Source: a virus
DNA length: 57,203 bases
IMG/VR virus record: IMGVR_UViG_3300033153_006620
Span: 1 to 57,203 of that record
Reading direction: 5' to 3' (one strand)
Shown: positions 24,281 through 33,277 of the stretch, in pieces
Layout of the letters: every line of letters begins with the position of its first letter
Numbering within the stretch: position 1 is the first letter of the stretch
The notes under the pieces: generated by a model
Told to the model about the DNA's origin: nothing
Database searches by the model: none
What the model saw: only the letters and a program-made list of their open reading frames with translations
Program-made: the position numbers and the translations under genes

Positions 24281-25605
24281 GTTCCCATAAATAAGGCTAA
24301 TCTTATCATTAAATGTTCGCATCCTAAATCAGGTGTGCCTGTATCTGTTGTTCTTAAAACAACTTTAACAGTAGCCGAAGCAGGCAAATCTAGATAAGTA
24401 CAACCTGACATTGACCCATCTTTTGAAACCGCATTCGTTTCAATATGGTTTTGACCGTTATCAATTGGAGTCCCATTTACCGAGAATGTGCATTCAACAT
24501 GCTTACCAGCTGCGTCAGCCATAAATGATCCAGCCCAATCAGCCAGGTAAACCCCTGCATTAATTACTGTTAATTCTCCGTTCCCGTCGTGTGTAACACC
24601 GTTTAATACCCCACTAGTCATATCAGCATCAGATATGGTATACCATGCATTTTGCGTAGCACTAGCCTGTACCCATCCAATATCATTACCGTAGCATGTT
24701 CCGCCTATGATGCCTTTGTTTGCGGTCCAAAATTCTAGGTTTCCGTATACACTGATTTCATTATTACTCAATGCAATTCCAACATCCCCAACCGTTAACC
24801 AAAGGTCGTCGGAAATGCTTTCGATATATATATTATCTCCGTCAATATTTATACTACCAAAACTAGTTGAATCGATATAAATATCACCAGCACTATTTTT
24901 ATCTATATTTAAGTTAGTTCCATCGGAATATATTGATCCGTCAACAGAAAATAAAATACCCTTATCATCTAGAAAAGATAAATCACCGCGTACTGAAATG
25001 TCTTGATCTTCGTGAATTGTCATAGCCAATACATTCTCATCGGTTTTAAAAATAATTCTACCGTCTGTACGATGTGTTGCAATAATAAAGTCATCGGCGT
25101 TATTACTCCATTCAATTGAAACATCTAAATCAGCGCCATCATAAAAGTCTACCGCTAATAAGCCATCATCATCATCATTGTCGATGCGAAGGCTGGTTCT
25201 TCCGGCCACATCTTTATTGATTGTAACATTATCCTCACATGTCCACGCTCCCTCCATGTTTACAGATGCATCTTTTATTATAATATTAGCAGAATCCGGG
25301 AAACCTGAAAATGGAGTTAAAAATGTATCAAGGTCTTTTAAAAGTGGCTGTAATGGTCCATCTCCATTCAATACGGTGAATGCATCATCTTCAACGCCTA
25401 TTAATAAAGCTCCAGAATCACCTGCCGCAATATCATCCAACTTTTCCAGTGAAGGGAAGTGAAGGTAGGTGGTATCAGCAACTATCTCTGTTATTAATTC
25501 AAGCCTGTTTGATTCAACATTAACTCCAATTTCCCATAATGCCAAATCGTCTTCAACCGCGCCGCGTGTTACGCCATCTAATTGCGTTTGTATTTCTTCA
25601 GCCAT
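24277..25605 (-). CDS. Tail fibre / receptor-binding protein with a C-terminal jelly-roll (C1q/TNF-like) tip
   Basis: Last structural gene; Asp/Gly/Ile-rich beta-repeats; the C-terminal 120 aa (GVYLADWAGSF..VECTFSVNG..ATVKVVLRT) follow the C1q-like strand pattern. Confidence 0.5.
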   Translation of the reverse strand: MAEEIQTQLDGVTRGAVEDDLALWEIGVNVESNRLELITEIVADTTYLHFPSLEKLDDIAAGDSGALLIGVEDDAFTVLNGDGPLQPLLKDLDTFLTPFSGFPDSANIIIKDASVNMEGAWTCEDNVTINKDVAGRTSLRIDNDDDDGLLAVDFYDGADLDVSIEWSNNADDFIIATHRTDGRIIFKTDENVLAMTIHEDQDISVRGDLSFLDDKGILFSVDGSIYSDGTNLNIDKNSAGDIYIDSTSFGSINIDGDNIYIESISDDLWLTVGDVGIALSNNEISVYGNLEFWTANKGIIGGTCYGNDIGWVQASATQNAWYTISDADMTSGVLNGVTHDGNGELTVINAGVYLADWAGSFMADAAGKHVECTFSVNGTPIDNGQNHIETNAVSKDGSMSGCTYLDLPASATVKVVLRTTDTGTPDLGCEHLMIRLALFMGT

Positions 25606-25612
25606 ATTTTCC

Positions 25613-28600
25613 TCAACATGTTAATTCTCTTGGAGATGAGCCAGCATCTTTTATTGTATAATCGCCAATAGTGCGTCCCGTTGATCCTGCACTATTCATC
25701 TTCCCATTTTCATTAGTCCATCCAGTGATATCCCTATCAGTGTTTAAAGCATTATTAAAATTATCACACAATGGACCGAAAACCCCAGGCGGTTGATATA
25801 CATGAACACCTATTTCAGCCGTACCAGCATATATGTCAATCCTTATCATAGTAACAAATCCCTCTACATCTTCATCATCGGTATGAAAATGGCTATTCAC
25901 TTTCACAAAATCCATGATAGCAAGTGGAGTAGGTTCCAAGACTTCTTTTATTGACACTTTGAATTTGAATTGCCACACATTCAATACGAACCATTTAGCT
26001 ACCCATTCAGCAAGAGGAAGCGACTCATAATGATATTTAAAATCCATCTTCAAATTGTTTCTTATTTTGTAGATATCTTTGGATATACCAATAAATCTTT
26101 TTATTTGAGTGCTTCCTGTGTTACTATCAATAAGAGTATTTTCATTATACTTTTGCAGGGCTGCACTGAATTCTGAAGGGATATAATAATCCCAATTTAA
26201 GTGATACTCTGTAAATATTTCATTTGTTCGTCTGAATTTTGGAGGACTTAAGGAATCGACTAATATATTTGAATCATCAAAAGTTCTAGTTGGCGAACCT
26301 TGTGGGTAATCATCCGGATTCATTGATTTAAAGGATATTTTATCATCAACATCAATAACAGCACATGCCCATAGGTTTTGCAATAATTCATTCAATGTTG
26401 CTTTAGTGCTTAAATCCTGCGTAAATTGCCGCCTCCAATTCCATCCTGAGCGGGTACTGAGCGCCATAAGTGATGTAATAGAAGTCGCATCCCATTGATT
26501 TAAATACATGCTTGGAGAATTCATGATATCTGTTACAATAGCTTCAGGTTCGCTTGAAAATATTCCTGAGAAGGTGCGGCCCCTGGCGGGTGCAAAAAGA
26601 GGCTTATCTATTGTCTCGATTTCCTGTTCATAATACAGTTCCGGTCCTTTTATAAATTCAAGTCCCACATACCAATTAATGTTCGAAGGCATAGGATCCG
26701 TAGATGAAAATTGATTACTAAGAGATTTATTGACAATTAAAAACTCCACATCGGTAACTTCATCCCATACCTGATCATCTCCAAAGGGTTTTGTTGATAG
26801 GTCGAAAATATCACGGCCTTGATATAATATATTCCTTTCATCTTCCTCTTGTGCAGTCGATAACCGGGTCAACACACCCCCCACAACCTCCCACATTTCA
26901 GATAGAGTCCCTCCCGATGACATTAATTTCATTCTAGTTCCATTATCAATAGGATTATCACCGCTGAGGCCCCACGAACCACCACTGTATTCATACAATT
27001 TATTATCAGTCTTATTCCAAAGAAAATCACCCTCGACCTGTGAAACCGTGGCAGTTCCCGGAAATATATAGGATATTTGATATGAATATCTGGACGTCAA
27101 TGATGTGGTACTTTCCCTAAATCCTCCGTTATTGAGGAGTCCATCTGGAAAATTATTTAATTTTATCTTTCCTATTGTTTTTTCTATATCTAATGAAACA
27201 CCGAGACTAGTCTCATTCGCTTCGAAGTCGTGCTTCCAACCATCACTGTCAACGTAATCTCCATTTTTCTTTTTAAATCTTAGTATCAATTTAAAAGGAG
27301 CATTAAAATATCTAAATTTTCCATCGCTATATATAGTTTTCACAAAACTATTGATTTCTAAATTCATACAAAGCTTTATATTGGTACTACTGTTAAACTT
27401 AGCCTCATTAGTAGCATTTCTTGCAACTGGAAAGCTTATAGCATGAACGAAAGTATTTTCACCCAAGGCGTCAGATATGTTTAAATCCTGCTTAGGGTTT
27501 AAGTGAGAATACCGCCTAATCTTTAAAGATTTCGGACTGGTTTCGCCTGAAGCTAGGATGTCACCTCTAGGGGTTTCGCTGCCGCCTTTCATATAAGCTG
27601 TATATGCATATGAATAAGTAGATGTTGCGGCACGTTTCATTTGTTTAAAATCAGTCTCAGTTATATTCGTGATCGACCCTGGCGGAGTCAAATCAACATT
27701 AGGCATTTGAGCGTTCAAATCTAAATTTTCCGTACTGCCTTCGTTTATATCGGCGAATCCAAGAACGCCTTTTTGCCAGAGTATAGGTTTCCATCCCCCA
27801 AAATCAACGGGACCATGAACGGCAACTTTTGATTCATCAACGCTTGTTCTTGGATTTAATAGTACAAGATTCTTATCAGCATTAATGATGTATTCGGAGT
27901 CAGGTAATTTTTTTATGAATTTACCGGTATCATCCAATCCGAACAATTCAAATACCTCAGTAAACGAGGATCCCACAGATCTACCAAAACCACCACAAAT
28001 CTCTTCATCAATTTGAAATTGGTATTTCCTTTTGGCAATTTTTATGGTGAGGTAATCTAATGTATTTGGCGGATCCGCTCCGCCCGCATCGGGTTGAGTC
28101 GTAAATGCTTCATCGATTGTAAGTACATAATAGTCGGAGCCCGCGCTATTAATGGATTCTATTTTTCTGGTTTCATCTATATTTTCTGAGCCAGATTTCG
28201 TGTCGGATATTATCTGAATAGAATAAACAGCATTATCGAGATCAGCAATTAACTCACTTGAAAGTAAATATTGATTTTTACCACTCTGCTCACTTTTCCT
28301 GATATATATTTCTTTAAAAGGTGAATTGTTGTTTATTTGACAACTAGCGGTAGGTACAGAATTAAATTCGGTATCACCGGAAGCTTTTCTCTCGACACTA
28401 ATATATTCGATATCGGTAGAAATGTTTTGTAATGCGGCCAGTTCATGTTCACCATAAGTTAAATGTGGTGGTTTGCCTAGGAATTGCGTTTGAACATCGT
28501 CATACCTATTATTAGAGATTCCAGTATCTTCAATAACACTGTCAGGAAACTTGTCATTTTTGTTTAAAGAAAATGGTTCTACTTTATATTTATAATTTGC

Positions 28601-29761
28601 ATAATCAAATTGTGAACTTATATTCCTTCCCGTTGAAATTTTCGTATATACCGGACCGGATTCCCATATACCTACAATACATTGATTTCCAAAGAATCCT
28701 ATATCATTATCAATTATCCATTTCCAAAATTTAGTTCCGTTATAATTATTGTTAAGAGCAAATGAAAACCCTTCTCGCTTTTCTATTGAGGGTCCGGTAT
28801 TTATGTTAATATTTTTCCCCGGTAATTTTATTGATCCTAAATTGATTAACCCAGACCTATAAACCTTGGAATCATATACTGTTGTAGAAAAAGCTGCTAA
28901 ATAAAATGATCCATTCTTAAATCCGTAAGTAGAATTGTCAGCGGCCACGGTATATAATATCCGCCAAAACCCCTTGGAAACGATATCACCCGTTGCCAAA
29001 TCACCGGCGGCAATGACAGTTTCAAGGGTTATATTACCATCGTCAATCTTACCCGCTACTTTATGGAACCCGGTTGATGTAACTCCTGTACCGCTTACTA
29101 TATAAATGTAATCACCAGGGACAAAGGTGTAATTTTCAAAGGCATCAGTTTGAGTTAATTTCTTAGTTGAAGCTGTCCATGTAGCTGTCGCCAATGTTAT
29201 AATATTAGTTACTTCCCGTAAGACATTATCATCGGTATCCATCCATCTCTGTCCTACAGCGCTTGGAGTGGGTATTGCCGATTGAATGTCGTCAGCTATG
29301 ATAGTGTCTATCTGTAGCAATAAATCAATGGCGGAGGTGCCGCCTTCATTCGGGAGTACATCCGATTCATCCACTCCAGCAAGTTCTACAGTAAGATTTA
29401 AAGTATAGAGATTATTTGTAACACTAAAATCCTCTTCCTGTAAACTTTTTGGAATAAGTATATAGCAGTAATAATTGGTAATGTCTTCATAAGGCCAATC
29501 AGGATAAAGCGTTTCCCCTGAATTTTCAGGACGTAAAGCGACTTTTTGACCGGCGTTGGAAATAAGATATTCAGTAAGGCTTAAATAATTAGCTTGAGAT
29601 ATTTTAGTTATGGTAAAAGTGCATGATTTTCTTATCCTTGCCCCGAAATTAATTATAATATCAGTACCATCAATAGCCGTTAAATATTTAACGGTATTTC
29701 CTTTAGGGGTTGCAGCGCTTTTTATATCGCTAAGACTGTATGATACAGCGTTTATAATCAT
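25613..29761 (-). CDS. Large distal-tail / central fibre (host-specificity type) protein, 1382 aa
   Basis: Start MIINAVSY overlaps the upstream stop (ATGA 29758-29761); call rests on size and position downstream of the tape measure. Confidence 0.6.
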   Translation of the reverse strand: MIINAVSYSLSDIKSAATPKGNTVKYLTAIDGTDIIINFGARIRKSCTFTITKISQANYLSLTEYLISNAGQKVALRPENSGETLYPDWPYEDITNYYCYILIPKSLQEEDFSVTNNLYTLNLTVELAGVDESDVLPNEGGTSAIDLLLQIDTIIADDIQSAIPTPSAVGQRWMDTDDNVLREVTNIITLATATWTASTKKLTQTDAFENYTFVPGDYIYIVSGTGVTSTGFHKVAGKIDDGNITLETVIAAGDLATGDIVSKGFWRILYTVAADNSTYGFKNGSFYLAAFSTTVYDSKVYRSGLINLGSIKLPGKNININTGPSIEKREGFSFALNNNYNGTKFWKWIIDNDIGFFGNQCIVGIWESGPVYTKISTGRNISSQFDYANYKYKVEPFSLNKNDKFPDSVIEDTGISNNRYDDVQTQFLGKPPHLTYGEHELAALQNISTDIEYISVERKASGDTEFNSVPTASCQINNNSPFKEIYIRKSEQSGKNQYLLSSELIADLDNAVYSIQIISDTKSGSENIDETRKIESINSAGSDYYVLTIDEAFTTQPDAGGADPPNTLDYLTIKIAKRKYQFQIDEEICGGFGRSVGSSFTEVFELFGLDDTGKFIKKLPDSEYIINADKNLVLLNPRTSVDESKVAVHGPVDFGGWKPILWQKGVLGFADINEGSTENLDLNAQMPNVDLTPPGSITNITETDFKQMKRAATSTYSYAYTAYMKGGSETPRGDILASGETSPKSLKIRRYSHLNPKQDLNISDALGENTFVHAISFPVARNATNEAKFNSSTNIKLCMNLEINSFVKTIYSDGKFRYFNAPFKLILRFKKKNGDYVDSDGWKHDFEANETSLGVSLDIEKTIGKIKLNNFPDGLLNNGGFRESTTSLTSRYSYQISYIFPGTATVSQVEGDFLWNKTDNKLYEYSGGSWGLSGDNPIDNGTRMKLMSSGGTLSEMWEVVGGVLTRLSTAQEEDERNILYQGRDIFDLSTKPFGDDQVWDEVTDVEFLIVNKSLSNQFSSTDPMPSNINWYVGLEFIKGPELYYEQEIETIDKPLFAPARGRTFSGIFSSEPEAIVTDIMNSPSMYLNQWDATSITSLMALSTRSGWNWRRQFTQDLSTKATLNELLQNLWACAVIDVDDKISFKSMNPDDYPQGSPTRTFDDSNILVDSLSPPKFRRTNEIFTEYHLNWDYYIPSEFSAALQKYNENTLIDSNTGSTQIKRFIGISKDIYKIRNNLKMDFKYHYESLPLAEWVAKWFVLNVWQFKFKVSIKEVLEPTPLAIMDFVKVNSHFHTDDEDVEGFVTMIRIDIYAGTAEIGVHVYQPPGVFGPLCDNFNNALNTDRDITGWTNENGKMNSAGSTGRTIGDYTIKDAGSSPRELTC

Positions 29762-30138
29762 GCCAGGGGAACCTTCAATATATTCTGATAAGTAACAGAC
29801 ATTTCCCAATGCATAGGTAAATTAGCTGAACGGGACGGTGTCGTGTAACCCTTTATATATACAGTATTACTAGTATTGGTTCTTAAAAATGGTGAAATCC
29901 CTGGAGTATCTAAAGTAACTTGAGCGCCTGTATTAGTGTCCAAAAATTCAATGAAGGCTTCAATGTTAGCATCTTTAATTCTGTATTTTAATGATATTCT
30001 TTCATTACGCCATGCCGATGCGCTTTTTTGTACATTATCCCATTGACCATCATCTTGAGGATAAGATAGATTATTAGATTGCACTACCGGTTGAATAGGG
30101 TAGAATATTTCAGCTCCTGTATTTGGTACGGTAGGCAT
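29758..30138 (-). CDS. Minor tail protein
   Basis: Position in the distal-tail block; overlapping stops and starts on both sides. Confidence 0.45.
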   Translation of the reverse strand: MPTVPNTGAEIFYPIQPVVQSNNLSYPQDDGQWDNVQKSASAWRNERISLKYRIKDANIEAFIEFLDTNTGAQVTLDTPGISPFLRTNTSNTVYIKGYTTPSRSANLPMHWEMSVTYQNILKVPLA

Positions 30139-30425
30139 TATCGAAAGTGCCTATCGACTCGCTGAATAAATGTTGTTCCATAAAATGGTTCCCCACCTAT
30201 TAACGCATAAACCTCAAAACGCCAATCCCCATTTATTTTATTTGTAGCGCTTGTTATCGTAACCCTGGCTTTAGATACATCACCAACTTTTGGCGTAGCA
30301 GTAAGTTGATCTTTCCCGCCATTAGGATCTGTGTAATCGATTCTGAGTTCCGTAGCTGACTCTAAATCTTCGTTTTCCGTTTCTAATTCTAAAATATATT
30401 TTTGGTCCACTTTTATACCACTCAT
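30138..30425 (-). CDS. Minor tail / structural protein
   Basis: Position; beta-rich 95-aa protein. Confidence 0.4.
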   Translation of the reverse strand: MSGIKVDQKYILELETENEDLESATELRIDYTDPNGGKDQLTATPKVGDVSKARVTITSATNKINGDWRFEVYALIGGEPFYGTTFIQRVDRHFR

Positions 30426-30706
30426 GTTATCTCCGATATTCCTGTAACAGTTTGTGTGATGATTGATCGGCCTGATGCTACTTGTTTTATTATTGAATCA
30501 TCCTGTACCGTATGTGTTATTATAGATCGTCCCTCGATTACTTTTACGTCAACGGTAGATATCCATGAAATTCCGGAATACATTCCTAAGCGTTGTTGAC
30601 GGCTAGCACCATTAAAACTACCTACTGGTATATGCGCATTAGTCCTTTTCCAAGGTAATCTTGCTCTCATGGCTGAACGCCGCTTCTGTCTTGTGTCAAT
30701 AGCCAT
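30422..30706 (-). CDS. Minor tail / structural protein
   Basis: Position; internal duplication GRSIITHTVQDD / GRSIITQTVTG. Confidence 0.4.
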   Translation of the reverse strand: MAIDTRQKRRSAMRARLPWKRTNAHIPVGSFNGASRQQRLGMYSGISWISTVDVKVIEGRSIITHTVQDDSIIKQVASGRSIITQTVTGISEIT

Positions 30707-31701
30707 TATGGTCCTGAAATAACCTTTCCAAGGGATGTGGATGTGTTGTCATCAGAATCGGTTGACTTCTGATCTATGGCATCACCGGCATTGTTATATA
30801 ATGAATATTGACTTGCGGTCTGGGTGGAAAGGTTCCTCCACGCCTTATAAAGATAATGAAACATAAGCCTCATAGTTGGCGTTGCAGTAGGTGCATTTTG
30901 ACCGGGTTCAGCAAAAGTATCAACATTCAACACATCTAATACTTGAGCATTGACTTGGGCCGGGGTAGCCGCCACTCCTGCGGCATCCGGTGTAACAGTG
31001 TTAGCTCCGTCCGTCCCCCTCATATCCGTGTTCTCGGCAGTAGTATCGACTAAAGTAACTCGAGCAAGAGTATCACCTTCCACCAAATAGTCTGCGGATG
31101 GCAGTGTGCGATCGTTCATCTGAGCTTCAGTAGGCGGAACTACCGTATTAGCACCGTCAGTTCCCCTCATATCTGAATTAGATGTGCAGCCATCAGCCAG
31201 GACCACGCCATTTACTTTATGAGTCGAAGGATTATACCCGGCGTCCGCAAAATCTTTTAAATCAGAAGCGCTCTGAGAAACTCCTTTAATTTCTGTAATA
31301 CTAACATCCAATACATCCCCGCCATCAATTAGGGCATTATTTAAAGCCGCTGCCCGGAATCCAATAATAGGACCTATCCAAGGCAATACGCCGGTAGCAA
31401 ATCCCACGAAATGGCCAAAACCTTTAACATCGTTATCAATAGAAGCTCCTCCACTATCCGGCATACCAATGGTATACATTCCATTGCCTTGGTTTGTCCA
31501 ATTATAATTCCCCCCATCAGTGGGGGTAACAGGCGTCTGAGTGGTTACGCCGTCGGTCGTTGTGAATTCCCATACCAAATCCATTCCAGCCTGGTCAAAA
31601 GTAACACTTTCTTTTCTAGATACAAAATCACCATCGTCAATTAATTGAGCTATGTTTACCGGTACTTCGGTTAATACTACGTTTACATCCATCCAAATCA
31701 T
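30706..31701 (-). CDS. Tail structural protein with a duplicated DMRGTDGANTV motif
   Basis: NSDMRGTDGANTVVPP and NTDMRGTDGANTVTPD lie about 50 aa apart; position in the tail block. Confidence 0.45.
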   Translation of the reverse strand: MIWMDVNVVLTEVPVNIAQLIDDGDFVSRKESVTFDQAGMDLVWEFTTTDGVTTQTPVTPTDGGNYNWTNQGNGMYTIGMPDSGGASIDNDVKGFGHFVGFATGVLPWIGPIIGFRAAALNNALIDGGDVLDVSITEIKGVSQSASDLKDFADAGYNPSTHKVNGVVLADGCTSNSDMRGTDGANTVVPPTEAQMNDRTLPSADYLVEGDTLARVTLVDTTAENTDMRGTDGANTVTPDAAGVAATPAQVNAQVLDVLNVDTFAEPGQNAPTATPTMRLMFHYLYKAWRNLSTQTASQYSLYNNAGDAIDQKSTDSDDNTSTSLGKVISGP

Positions 31702-31710
31702 AATTTCACC

Positions 31711-33063
31711 TTAATGTTGTAATTGTTGTTGCAAATATGCATACCATGGGCTACCTAGTGTAGGTATTTTTTTAGGTCCAATAGGAAATGGAGAAGCCAC
31801 AGCAACCAAATTCATATAAAATGCAAATATTACGGGATCGATACCGCCTGTATCTAAAGTCTGACCGGCAATAGGTAAACCGTAACTAGCGATAGTATCA
31901 TTAAGTTCGACTTCATTAGCAGGGGTTAAATTAGGTTGGTTGTTAGTACCTATATTCCAATTTCCATTTGCTCCGGTCCCATCTGAATCGGCATTATTCC
32001 TTCCGGTAGCTCCAGCTATTTGAATAAAATTAATACCAGAATTGAAACTCCATACATTCTCAACAGTAGCTGCGAAATTACCTAGATTCAAACCATGTAG
32101 CATGTTTTCCGATCCACAATTTTTGATTCTGACATCAAGTCCGCCACCGCCTACCATATGAATAAAACTTATGTGATCACGACCTATACAATTATAAATA
32201 TCAATTTCGTCAGTTGATAATATTATATTTCTACCACTCCCAGTCCCCTTAAAAAAGCAGTCATGTAAACTAGCGGAAATCGGCGAAGCCGAGGTGTACT
32301 CAAATATCCCTATATTATTGGACGACCCCACGGTTCTTTTAAAATTAATATTCCTAAATTCAAAGTTAGCCCCCCCCGATTGAATGCGTATACCGGTACT
32401 AGCATGTCCGATTGAAAGTGTTTTGCCTACAGTTGGATCGCCGAATGTATTGGACCAGTTAGTCCATTTATGGGTTAGAATCTGAGTAAAAATGGCCGGA
32501 GCCGTTTCTGTCACATCAGTTGTCATTTCAGAATTCAAAGGAGTTGTTGTATTCACAAGATCCGCATCTAAAATAGCATAAGTTGCATAAGTATCCCCGC
32601 CCCCCGATCCTATTGTAATGTCACCTCCACTAATAAAATTCCTGTCTATTTTATTTTCATTCATGTCAATTAAAGAGGAATGTTTGAAGAGTTTATCCAT
32701 ATCGGTTACATGCCGCAAATCGATTCTCGGTACTTTAACCCCTGTCGCTGATAAATTGTTGTATAAATCAGAGCTTCCCGGAACCTTATTTTTCAAATAT
32801 TCCCAATTTATAACTTTACGCTTCTTGCGATACGTTAAGGGCTTTTTCCAATTATAGTCATAAATAAGAGCGTCTAAAGGTTTTACTGCATCAATTATAA
32901 AAGGTTTAGCAGAATCAGGTAACGTCATAACTCCGATTGTTGATAGAGTATTTTTTCCTATGATGGGTTTGTCGTGCCAGTCAATAGGCATTAAATCCAA
33001 CGTGCTCATATGTTTTTCTTTATGCGGTAAATCACCTATTTTGAATGTGACATCAAAACTCAT
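31711..33063 (-). CDS. Tail protein with a probable parallel beta-helix region (tailspike/depolymerase-like)
   Basis: Repeated short segments rich in G/N/I (NIGIFEY..LHDCFF..NIILS..IYNCIG..IKNCGS..) typical of beta-helix coils; follows the tape measure. Confidence 0.4.
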   Translation of the reverse strand: MSFDVTFKIGDLPHKEKHMSTLDLMPIDWHDKPIIGKNTLSTIGVMTLPDSAKPFIIDAVKPLDALIYDYNWKKPLTYRKKRKVINWEYLKNKVPGSSDLYNNLSATGVKVPRIDLRHVTDMDKLFKHSSLIDMNENKIDRNFISGGDITIGSGGGDTYATYAILDADLVNTTTPLNSEMTTDVTETAPAIFTQILTHKWTNWSNTFGDPTVGKTLSIGHASTGIRIQSGGANFEFRNINFKRTVGSSNNIGIFEYTSASPISASLHDCFFKGTGSGRNIILSTDEIDIYNCIGRDHISFIHMVGGGGLDVRIKNCGSENMLHGLNLGNFAATVENVWSFNSGINFIQIAGATGRNNADSDGTGANGNWNIGTNNQPNLTPANEVELNDTIASYGLPIAGQTLDTGGIDPVIFAFYMNLVAVASPFPIGPKKIPTLGSPWYAYLQQQLQH

Positions 33064-33070
33064 GTTAGAA

Positions 33071-33277
33071 TTACTTTGTTAAAATTTGGTATAAAACCAT
33101 AAGTGTCGGTATGCATATTGATACAATAATTATGATCGGCAGTCTTTCCATTGATTTAAATATTTTTTGTATATCCGTTTCGCTTCTCTCCATTTTCGAG
33201 GATTGCACGCCTATTTGAGTTTCCACATTTGTAACCCTTCGACCTAAGCCGTTAAATTCTTTTTCAGTAATAGCCAT
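33071..33277 (-). CDS. Small protein with a C-terminal transmembrane helix
   Basis: LPIIIIVSICIPTLMVLYQIL; its ATG directly follows the tape-measure stop (TAAATG). Confidence 0.55.
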   Translation of the reverse strand: MAITEKEFNGLGRRVTNVETQIGVQSSKMERSETDIQKIFKSMERLPIIIIVSICIPTLMVLYQILTK

